Source: a virus
Taxonomy: Duplodnaviria > Caudoviricetes
DNA: 37,329 nucleotides
Virus record (IMG/VR): IMGVR_UViG_3300048011_000128
Location: 1 to 37,329 of that record
Direction: 5' to 3' (one strand)
Below, one piece after another: positions 18,951 through 26,532 of this stretch. Under the pieces are notes generated by a model. The model saw nothing but the letters and a program-made list of their open reading frames with translations, had not been told where the DNA came from and did not search any database. Position numbers and translations under genes: made by a program. Position 1 is the stretch's first letter. Each line of letters begins with the position of its first letter.

Positions 18951-19040
18951 ATGCCATATAAGAATGGAAAGAAGATGCCTTACGGCAAGGGTGCAGTAAA
19001 GAAGAAACCCGTTAAAAAGAAACCAATGAAAAAGAAATAA
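18951..19040 (+). CDS. Lys-rich 29-aa peptide (not in ORF track)
   Basis: AAGGAG RBS; MPYKNGKKMPYGKGAVKKKPVKKKPMKKK. Confidence 0.7.
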   Translation: MPYKNGKKMPYGKGAVKKKPVKKKPMKKK

Positions 19041-19082
19041 AGAAAAGCCCCAAGGAGAAATCCAAGGGGCTTAAATTTTTTT
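19041..19082. terminator. Bidirectional intrinsic terminator between the convergent arms
   Basis: AAGCCCC-aa-GGA-gaaa-TCC-aa-GGGGCTT, flanked by an A-rich tract and a T-tract. Confidence 0.85.
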
Positions 19083-19270
19083 TATGTGTCAATGTACCAA
19101 CTTAAACATTGGAATGCTTTTATATTCCAATCCTCTATTGTGAGTAACTCTCTTACACCAATCCTTAAACTGTATTCACAATCATCCATGTTGTCATAGA
19201 CTGTCTGGTCAGTTGAAGTTAAACAGGTTGTTGTCTCCAAGTAACACAGCAATATAATAGGGGTAAACAT
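19082..19270 (-). CDS. Small Cys-containing hypothetical protein
   Basis: 62 aa with hydrophobic N-terminus and four Cys; coupled to the upstream gene. Confidence 0.6.
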   Translation of the reverse strand: MFTPIILLCYLETTTCLTSTDQTVYDNMDDCEYSLRIGVRELLTIEDWNIKAFQCLSWYIDT

Positions 19271-19530
19271 TATTCACCTTCCATTTCCTTTATAAGATAT
19301 TCTAAGTACCACTTAGCTTTCCTTAAGTCTTCTACAGGTTTACCTTTGTACCTGTACCTATGCATATACTTCTTAGCATTACCTTCTAGGTAACCCATGA
19401 ACATCATGTGATCCATGTTGTCTCTCATATATTCTATGCATTCTATTCTACCATTACCGTAGTGTGGTGGTTGGTTGACAACGTCATCCTCTACCTCATC
19501 ACGTAATGCATCTAAGTTCCATTTAGCCAT
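19270..19530 (-). CDS. DUF3310 (SaV/T7 gp1.7-like) protein
   Basis: VNQPPHY..G.IECIE...GNAKKY..R...KG...EDLRKAKWYL. Confidence 0.85.
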   Translation of the reverse strand: MAKWNLDALRDEVEDDVVNQPPHYGNGRIECIEYMRDNMDHMMFMGYLEGNAKKYMHRYRYKGKPVEDLRKAKWYLEYLIKEMEGE

Positions 19531-19988
19531 TATACTTCTTCTTTCTCTAGGTTAATTAACTGAGCATCTGTATAGGGAATGTGGAAGAACTTCTCACCTT
19601 TGACTATGTATCTACCTTTAGCTTCTTTCAGGCTTTCCTCTGTCAAAAGAGTATCCTTGATTCTCCATGCTTGTTTCATATCAGCACGGAAGATATAGAA
19701 GTTAAGCACACCATTCTTTTCTTGGTACATCTTAACTAACCGTCCCTTACGTTCAGGTAATCTTATCTCAGCCCAGTTAGTATTCCAATCACCCTTCCAG
19801 CCTGTCTTAACCTCAGCCTCATTGAAGTATGTGTAGTCACCTTTCTGAGATACAACGTCAACATTAAAGTTTTCTTTAGTACTGACAATGGTGTGACCTA
19901 CGCTGACAAGGTACTCAGCTAACCTGTCCTTAGCCTTACCATCATATGCTTCATATAATGCCCTACTGAATTGCTTTCTAACTGCCAT
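19530..19988 (-). CDS. Putative PD-(D/E)xK nuclease-fold protein
   Basis: VD...EAEVK motif; likely start MAVRKQ after AAAGGG. Confidence 0.5.
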   Translation of the reverse strand: MAVRKQFSRALYEAYDGKAKDRLAEYLVSVGHTIVSTKENFNVDVVSQKGDYTYFNEAEVKTGWKGDWNTNWAEIRLPERKGRLVKMYQEKNGVLNFYIFRADMKQAWRIKDTLLTEESLKEAKGRYIVKGEKFFHIPYTDAQLINLEKEEV

Positions 19989-20082
19989 TTGAATTCCCTT
20001 TTTTTTATAATACATTATACTAACCCTTGGACTAAACCAAGGGCTAATATTACTACAACATAAATACCTACTGATGTCAACA

Positions 20083-21978
20083 TTAAGTTAAGTCTACCAT
20101 CTCACATACGTCACCACTACATGCCATTGTCTGACTACCAGCTGTGTTGTCTTCGTTCTCATATTCTGACACCAATGACCAATCAATCTTGTTAGGCATT
20201 TGCCCTAACGTCTTTAGGTATGTCTCTTTGTCAACATCTTGGTATGGTGCTTGTTGGTATGTGTGTTCGTTGAACGGTAAGAATGACACACCACTCATCT
20301 CATCGAAGTGTTTGTATACGAATGCCCCTACCTCGAACCACTCATCACTCTTAACGTTGATGGTGACTGACGGTTTGTGTTCACACCAGTAACGTTGATA
20401 CATTAACCACATCTCTAGCTGTTCAATGGCTGTCATGTCAGCTGTAACCACAGCATCCTTAGGAGCCTTCATAGGGAAACTAAACACTGTTGTAGCATCT
20501 GGCTTCATTACGTCTGGCTCATTAGGAATACCTTGGTCAATCATGAATTGTGTCAATGGGTCTTTGTTATCCCCACGTACAGTCCTAATATAATAAGCTG
20601 AGTGACGAGCATGAATGCCACTGCTAGAGTCAACTAACTGACTGACAGTACCACTTGGTTTATTACAGCTGATAGCAGCACTAACAGGGATACCTAGACG
20701 TTCAGCCCATACAGCATTAGTAGTAATGGCAATCTGCTTAAGATGGTCAAGGGTCTTCTCTAAGCCTTTGTTCTTAAGTGTCATCAATGGATTATCCATA
20801 ACACCAGTTAATGACACACCAAGTAGTCTTTCTTCCTCTGTATTATTCTTCCAGACTTTACGTAAGTATGGGAACTTAGTGTAGCTAGATTGAATTGTAC
20901 CTAAGATAGTTGCAAGCCTTACCTTCTCAGATAGGGTGTCCAATGTGTCAGTTGCACGAACAACTACCTCAGTTAAATTACAGAATTGTGCTGGCCTTAA
21001 AATTATTTCCGAACATGGGTTAGTGCCAAAGTCATAGTCAGCATCACGTCTACCATTCTTAGCTGCCTGTACCTTAGATGCTTGTCTGTTGAAGATACCT
21101 CGTTCACCTGAACCTGATTCAACTAAGGCCATCCATTCTCTCATGAACGATAAGCTGTCAGGCTTCTCAGTGTATGACACAGAGTTGTTAGCTAATGCTC
21201 GTTGTGGATCGTTATCCCACCATGAACCTGACTTAGCATGTCTCATTCTGTCATCTGATAGGTTACTCAAGGAGATCATAGCTGATCTACGTACACCACC
21301 AACCACAACAACTTCACCAATCTTACACATAATGTCATGGCATTCTAGTGATGAGAGCCTACGTCCTTGTGCATCCTTAAATGTCTTGATGACAAAGGTG
21401 AACAGGTCAACCAATGGGGCAGGTCCTGATGCTCTACCACCAAACGTTTTAAGTGGCGCACCTGCAGGTCTAACCTTAGATACATCCCATGTTGGTATTT
21501 CTCCACTGTATAACAATGCGATCATCTGACGTAGAGCCTTAGCCCAACCTTCCTTACTATCTTTGACAACTATGTTAGTCTCACTGACAAACAATGTAGG
21601 AACCTCAGGTAGTTTCTGTACTGACTGACGTTCAACTGAGAACCCTACACCTGTACCACACAGTAGAATAAACATAGCCTCATCGAATGCTTTAACATCA
21701 TCCACAGCTAAGTACGAACAGTTGTACATACATGTGTTATCACGTTCTGCAGCTTTACCAGCTGTCATTAATGAACGCATAGATGGCATTACCTCTAAAC
21801 CTAAGATAGCCTGTTCGATTTCTTTCTTGGTGACAGTGTCAGCTAGTTTACCTACAATATTGTCCATGTATCTGCCTACTGTGTCATCCCATGACTCACG
21901 TCCTTTGCCTTCGTAGTACTTAGCATAACGTGACTTGTGTATAAATGATTGGTAGTCAGTTGGTAAATGATTATTCAT
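20083..21978 (-). CDS. nrdJ: Class II (adenosylcobalamin-dependent) ribonucleotide reductase
   Basis: YNCS, GGVRRSA, TNPCSEI..QFCNL, KPSGT motifs and C-terminal CSGDVC; no beta subunit gene present. Confidence 0.92.
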   Translation of the reverse strand: MNNHLPTDYQSFIHKSRYAKYYEGKGRESWDDTVGRYMDNIVGKLADTVTKKEIEQAILGLEVMPSMRSLMTAGKAAERDNTCMYNCSYLAVDDVKAFDEAMFILLCGTGVGFSVERQSVQKLPEVPTLFVSETNIVVKDSKEGWAKALRQMIALLYSGEIPTWDVSKVRPAGAPLKTFGGRASGPAPLVDLFTFVIKTFKDAQGRRLSSLECHDIMCKIGEVVVVGGVRRSAMISLSNLSDDRMRHAKSGSWWDNDPQRALANNSVSYTEKPDSLSFMREWMALVESGSGERGIFNRQASKVQAAKNGRRDADYDFGTNPCSEIILRPAQFCNLTEVVVRATDTLDTLSEKVRLATILGTIQSSYTKFPYLRKVWKNNTEEERLLGVSLTGVMDNPLMTLKNKGLEKTLDHLKQIAITTNAVWAERLGIPVSAAISCNKPSGTVSQLVDSSSGIHARHSAYYIRTVRGDNKDPLTQFMIDQGIPNEPDVMKPDATTVFSFPMKAPKDAVVTADMTAIEQLEMWLMYQRYWCEHKPSVTINVKSDEWFEVGAFVYKHFDEMSGVSFLPFNEHTYQQAPYQDVDKETYLKTLGQMPNKIDWSLVSEYENEDNTAGSQTMACSGDVCEMVDLT

Positions 21979-22166
21979 TCTTTAGTTCCCCTATCCTTTT
22001 TATCTTCTTTGAACCAGATCATGCGGTCAATTTCCCCACGAGTAAGACCTATATCTTTTAGTTCCCTGTCTGTCAACTTATTTAAATGCTTAACTGCATC
22101 TCTATGTAGTTGCCATGTAATCATATAGTTAATAAACCTATACCACCAACGTCCGAATGCTTTCAT
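21975..22166 (-). CDS. DUF1127 (YjiS-like) small protein
   Basis: LNKLTDRELKDIGLTRGEI matches the L..LSD..L.DIGL.R..I signature. Confidence 0.8.
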   Translation of the reverse strand: MKAFGRWWYRFINYMITWQLHRDAVKHLNKLTDRELKDIGLTRGEIDRMIWFKEDKKDRGTKE

Positions 22167-22492
22167 CTTTTATCTCCTGATCCTTTAATTACACCTCGTT
22201 CATATCTATCTGCCAACTTACTAATATTCCTATTGGCTAACTTAGATAGGCTCGTGTTATGTTGTCTAGCAAACTCACTGACAAACCAGAGTACATCACC
22301 TAACTCATCTAGTATGTCACCATGTGGGTATGCCATACCATCTTTACGATACCACTTAGCTAACTTACCTGTAAGCTCACCAACCTCAGATGACAAACCT
22401 AGGCTTAAATATTCTAATGCTCTATTCTCAGGGTAGATAGCCGTAGTTGCAGCTGCCCTTTGGTACTCGTCTAATGTTTTTACTTTAGTCAC
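22163..22492 (-). CDS. MazG-like nucleotide pyrophosphohydrolase
   Basis: YQ..A..TA.YP, LGLSSEVGE, DELGDVLW, NISKL.DR motifs; probable GTG start at 22492. Confidence 0.85.
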   Translation of the reverse strand: MTKVKTLDEYQRAAATTAIYPENRALEYLSLGLSSEVGELTGKLAKWYRKDGMAYPHGDILDELGDVLWFVSEFARQHNTSLSKLANRNISKLADRYERGVIKGSGDKR

Positions 22493-22680
22493 TCTTCTAT
22501 CCTTTTCCACTCTTGTAATTCTGCATCGAGATTAAAGTAATCTTCGACATCTATTCTCTTCTCATCAATAAGCCATGCCACCACAAATTCTTCTGGTATT
22601 TCGTTCTGTTCTAGGAGAAGTTCTAATCCATAATTCTGGACAAGAGCACGAATTTTACTATCTAAATCAAACATTGTCAA
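22489..22680 (-). CDS. Small acidic hypothetical protein
   Basis: 63 aa, coupled on both sides. Confidence 0.6.
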   Translation of the reverse strand: MTMFDLDSKIRALVQNYGLELLLEQNEIPEEFVVAWLIDEKRIDVEDYFNLDAELQEWKRIEE

Positions 22681-23051
22681 CTACCCTTTTTCTTTTCTTT
22701 TATCCATTCGACAGGAATAATTTCTTTAGCAAACTTAAATCCGTTCTTCGTACACCAATCACCATATGTAGTCTTAGAACCCTTATACAATTTAGCTGCA
22801 GGGTTGCTGAATACAAAACGAATATCATGTTCGGGGTGTTGTGCCTTGACCATTAAATGCTTGGTTCGATCTGAGTGAATGAACCTTCCTTTGGTCTCAA
22901 TTATTATACCATTGTCAAGCACAAAGTCAGGGGTATATGTTTTAAATCTTAGGTCTTGCCATTTGATACGCATCTTTTCGTATTCAAATTTAATCTTTAG
23001 TTTCTTGAGGTAGGCTGCTGTCCTCTTCTCTAAGCCTGATCTGAAACGCAT
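22677..23051 (-). CDS. Endonuclease I / Holliday junction resolvase (T7 gp3-like)
   Basis: FRSGLE, YTPDF, IIETKGRF, IRFVF, YGDWC motifs. Confidence 0.92.
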   Translation of the reverse strand: MRFRSGLEKRTAAYLKKLKIKFEYEKMRIKWQDLRFKTYTPDFVLDNGIIIETKGRFIHSDRTKHLMVKAQHPEHDIRFVFSNPAAKLYKGSKTTYGDWCTKNGFKFAKEIIPVEWIKEKKKGS

Positions 23052-23749
23052 TTAGGTGGCTCCCATATTTGGTTCTCGTAACGTCTAAGCCAGAGTAGTC
23101 TAGCATTCTCAATGACCCTTGCCTCATCCCCACCATAGGAACGTAAGCATTCCTCGTACATACCAGCTTCAGTTGTACAGTCAGCAAGTATCTTGTCAGC
23201 TTTCTTAGGACCTATACCATACAAGCCTATGATGTTATCAGCCTTGTCACCTGTAAGGATTTGAGTATAGAAGAAACGTAAGCCTTCAAACTCACCCATC
23301 TCTGTCATTGTACGTCTGTTAGGGTTGTAGTGTGAGCATGGTATCTGCAGCATGTCCTTGTCTATGGATATGACAATAGATTCTTTACCGTAGTTAGTTG
23401 CCCATATACCACATAGGTCATCAGCCTCTTCACCTATAGATACGACAGCATCCCAGTTATCTATCATGTGTTTACGGATAGCTTGTAGGTGCTGAGGTTT
23501 CTCTGTGTTCTTACGGTTACCTTTGTACTCATGTGTAATAGAGTACTTATATCTGAAGTTACCTTTACCTGTCAGGAATACTTGATACTGCTCAGGGTCT
23601 AGTTCCCACATCACTTCGTTAAGTGACTGCTCAAGTATCTCATCTAGTTTATCTAATGCATCCTCAACTGGATCGTTCTCACATGAGAATGCTGCACGAT
23701 ATGCAAACGGATCTCCATCTACTAGCACCTGTTTAGGTTTTGTCATCAT
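23030..23749 (-). CDS. 5'-3' exonuclease (T7 gp6-like)
   Basis: VDGD..AYR, YKGNR, EADD, SIDKD, GDKADNI.G..GIG motifs. Confidence 0.9.
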   Translation of the reverse strand: MMTKPKQVLVDGDPFAYRAAFSCENDPVEDALDKLDEILEQSLNEVMWELDPEQYQVFLTGKGNFRYKYSITHEYKGNRKNTEKPQHLQAIRKHMIDNWDAVVSIGEEADDLCGIWATNYGKESIVISIDKDMLQIPCSHYNPNRRTMTEMGEFEGLRFFYTQILTGDKADNIIGLYGIGPKKADKILADCTTEAGMYEECLRSYGGDEARVIENARLLWLRRYENQIWEPPKCVSDQA

Positions 23750-23770
23750 AGATCTAATCCTTTATGTAAT

Positions 23771-23799
23771 AAAAAGAGCACCCCAATTAAGGGATGCCC
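23771..23799 (-). terminator. Intrinsic terminator after the SSB gene
   Basis: Minus strand GGGCATCCC-ttaatt-GGGGTGCTC-TTTTT. Confidence 0.8.
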
Positions 23800-23819
23800 A
23801 AGTCAGGGTAGGGAAACTT

Positions 23820-24308
23820 TTACCAACGATCTTCTGTGGCTAATTCTTCATATGGTACATGCTCTAAGATACCAATCTTTTCTAGGCGTACAGATGCTGT
23901 TGATCCTTCACCATAAATAGATAGCTTAACCTTAGCTGTTGTACCATTACCTAGTGCACCATCCTCTACAAAATCCCACTTAGAACTTGTAGTGCCTTTG
24001 GTTACTGCAGGTGCACCACCGAAGTCATCAATGCCAGATGGGTGTACGTTAGGACGTTTAAGTTTCATCCCTACCTTACCACCTGCTGCATCAATAGGTT
24101 TAATCATTTGGTTACCCATTGCTGTCTCAGGGAAACCCATCGCAATCATACGGTTAACTTCTTCACTGTCTTTAGGTACAAACATTGTGTTGTACTGACC
24201 TTGTGTATTTACATGGTAATCTGAGTTGTCCATGTTGTCTTGGAATACACGGGCATAGTATAAAGACCCTTCGAATACACCATACTTAGTTTTCTTTTTA
24301 TCAGCCAT
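23820..24308 (-). CDS. Putative ssDNA-binding protein (gp2.5-like)
   Basis: Lies between pol and exonuclease with its own promoter and terminator; LGNGT.AKV motif and acidic/aromatic C-terminus. Confidence 0.6.
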   Translation of the reverse strand: MADKKKTKYGVFEGSLYYARVFQDNMDNSDYHVNTQGQYNTMFVPKDSEEVNRMIAMGFPETAMGNQMIKPIDAAGGKVGMKLKRPNVHPSGIDDFGGAPAVTKGTTSSKWDFVEDGALGNGTTAKVKLSIYGEGSTASVRLEKIGILEHVPYEELATEDRW

Positions 24309-24340
24309 ATCAATTTCCTTTTTTAGCTTCTGATTTAGTT

Positions 24341-24369
24341 ACAATATAAATAATTAATTGGGTTGTCAA
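24341..24369 (-). promoter_or_regulatory. sigma70-like promoter upstream of SSB
   Basis: TTGACA-N17-TATTGT. Confidence 0.6.
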
Positions 24370-24411
24370 CACAAAAATTACAGGTGAGAGTGCTATGATA
24401 TAAGGTAACAT

Positions 24412-25443
24412 TTAGTGAGTGTCCTTCCAGTTACGTCCGATGTCAGTTGACCCTGCTAACGGACATACCATATTAAACTTCTCTCCGATGTCAACAAAAG
24501 ATTGACGTTGCATAGCCCCTAACTCCTCAGCTGTTGCATAATTACCACACACCTCAGTCTGCCATTCGTCATGAGGCCATGTGACAAGCTTAAAGTCTAT
24601 CTCTTTATCCTTAGCTTGACGTACCCATTGTAGTGCTGAGTGTTTCATGATGACAGACTCACCATTCTGCAGCATACCTGCCAGTGTCTTATGCTCAGAT
24701 GGTACTAGAACCTTACGTCCATCTAAACCTTTGAACCAACCACGTTTAGCTATGTGTGGTATGACTTTCTTCTTTAGGTTAGCAAGACCTTGAATTGATT
24801 GCATAAAGTTCTCAACACACTGACTTGCTTCACGTTGATTGACACGTAATATCTGTGCTATCTTAGCTGTACCTGCCCCTAGTAAAAAGGCATAGATGAA
24901 AGTCTTGGCATCATCTCTTGTTATGTGTGACATGCCTAATGCTTTCTTGTTCAGGTTGTGTATGTCAGTCTCGTTCTCTTTCTTACCTGACACAATAGCA
25001 TCCACATATTCTTCTGACTTCATTAGATGTGCAAGTACTCGCAGCTGAATACCCTCAGCATCTGTACCCACTAGGTAATTACCTTTCTCGACACCCCACA
25101 AGGCACGGAACTGTCCGTCATACCTATGCTTAACTTCCTCGACAGCTGACTTAGGTGTGCCATGAAACTCAGCTGGTATGTTAGCTTGGTTAGGTGCTGA
25201 GTGAGCCATACGACCTGTCCATGCACCTATGTGTGTGAACCTACCATGTATACGGTGGTCATCACCACAATGTCCTAACCATTCAACCAATGATGATCTC
25301 CTACCTTCAAGTGTCAACCACTGAGCTAAACGTTTACCACCTGCAGGTGCTTCATCAGGTAGTGTCTCAAGGTTAGCCTCAGATAATGTCCATCCGTATC
25401 GTGCAAACTTATCTCCACGATCTTTGTTTCTGTTCTCTTTCAT
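24412..25443 (-). CDS. Family A DNA polymerase, C-terminal polymerase part
   Basis: TGRM, PNQANIP, motif A DAEGIQLR, motif B RDDAKTFIYAFLLG, motif C HDE. Confidence 0.92.
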   Translation of the reverse strand: MKENRNKDRGDKFARYGWTLSEANLETLPDEAPAGGKRLAQWLTLEGRRSSLVEWLGHCGDDHRIHGRFTHIGAWTGRMAHSAPNQANIPAEFHGTPKSAVEEVKHRYDGQFRALWGVEKGNYLVGTDAEGIQLRVLAHLMKSEEYVDAIVSGKKENETDIHNLNKKALGMSHITRDDAKTFIYAFLLGAGTAKIAQILRVNQREASQCVENFMQSIQGLANLKKKVIPHIAKRGWFKGLDGRKVLVPSEHKTLAGMLQNGESVIMKHSALQWVRQAKDKEIDFKLVTWPHDEWQTEVCGNYATAEELGAMQRQSFVDIGEKFNMVCPLAGSTDIGRNWKDTH

Positions 25444-26323
25444 ACTGTATGTGTCCTTTTGTTTTCTCGTATGGCTGCCAACCAGCTTCCCATAGTCTTT
25501 CTATTCTCATCTTAGGTGATGCTGGATTAAACTCTATCCAATCATAACACACTAGGTCGGGTGGGTTAACTGACCAATCAACTGTTGTCTTAAAGTATTT
25601 CTCTTGTGCTTTCTTTACACTTGACATAACAGCCCCATCCTTTTTCTTACGGTACTTAATCCTGTTCACCTCTTCTAATTGGGGTGGGAAATCACGTTGG
25701 AAACTATCAGTTAGTTCTATCATCCGCAGCTCAACCTCATCCAGTAAATGTTCAGCCTTGTCTCTCTCGAAGTAGAACCCTGCATCTGTCATCTCTTCAC
25801 ATAAGATTTGTATGTCATGTTCACACTTGATAGCATCCTGTAGATCAGGGTCAAAGATACTAGACTTAAACTTATTGTATAGTCTAACTGTAACCTCAAC
25901 ATCCTGATGACAATAATCAACCATCTCCTGTGTCAAGACTTCGAACTGGTCAAACCCAATCTTGAATTCACCTAGTCTTTGACCCCACGCCTTTAAGCTA
26001 TGACCACCTTTGATGCTGTAGTCTATCAGACGTGACATGATCAATGTGTCAATGACATCAGTTGGTTTGATAATCTCAGGATAAGATATAAGTAATGGGT
26101 TTAGTAGCCTGTTGATTACTTTAACATCGAACCCTATCCCATTGTGAAATATAAACTTATCTGTTTGTTGACACAAAAGATAGAAGGCTTCTCTCTCCTC
26201 AGGTATGGTACATACGTTAAGGAATTGGTACTTCTCATTGGTGTCAACATCCTGAGCACAGATGACATGTATCTTAGTAGCATCCAAAGCATCTGTCTCA
26301 ATGTCCATTGCTAATATTTTCAT
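25409..26323 (-). CDS. Family A DNA polymerase, N-terminal 3'-5' exonuclease plus partial thumb
   Basis: DIET, FHNGIGFD, YCHQDV, FNPAS...AGWQP motifs; start at the ATGA overlap at 26323. Confidence 0.9.
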   Translation of the reverse strand: MKILAMDIETDALDATKIHVICAQDVDTNEKYQFLNVCTIPEEREAFYLLCQQTDKFIFHNGIGFDVKVINRLLNPLLISYPEIIKPTDVIDTLIMSRLIDYSIKGGHSLKAWGQRLGEFKIGFDQFEVLTQEMVDYCHQDVEVTVRLYNKFKSSIFDPDLQDAIKCEHDIQILCEEMTDAGFYFERDKAEHLLDEVELRMIELTDSFQRDFPPQLEEVNRIKYRKKKDGAVMSSVKKAQEKYFKTTVDWSVNPPDLVCYDWIEFNPASPKMRIERLWEAGWQPYEKTKGHIQYEREQKQRSWR

Positions 26324-26532
26324 TCGTAATCCCTGTCTTGCCATGTTGCCCATAAGCATAAGGCTAATTCCCAAGGCCATATGATAGCTTTCATTCTCAT
26401 AGTTGCAGTATCCCTAGGTGCTTCAAGTATTATGTGTATTGTATTCATAAGTATGTAGTGGTTAACAATACCCACAAAATATATACCTGCTGCTATGTAA
26501 ACTAAAGGGTCATATTCTAAAAGTTCTTGCAT
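26320..26532 (-). CDS. Small membrane protein
   Basis: 70 aa with two hydrophobic segments, coupled between primase and pol. Confidence 0.6.
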   Translation of the reverse strand: MQELLEYDPLVYIAAGIYFVGIVNHYILMNTIHIILEAPRDTATMRMKAIIWPWELALCLWATWQDRDYE

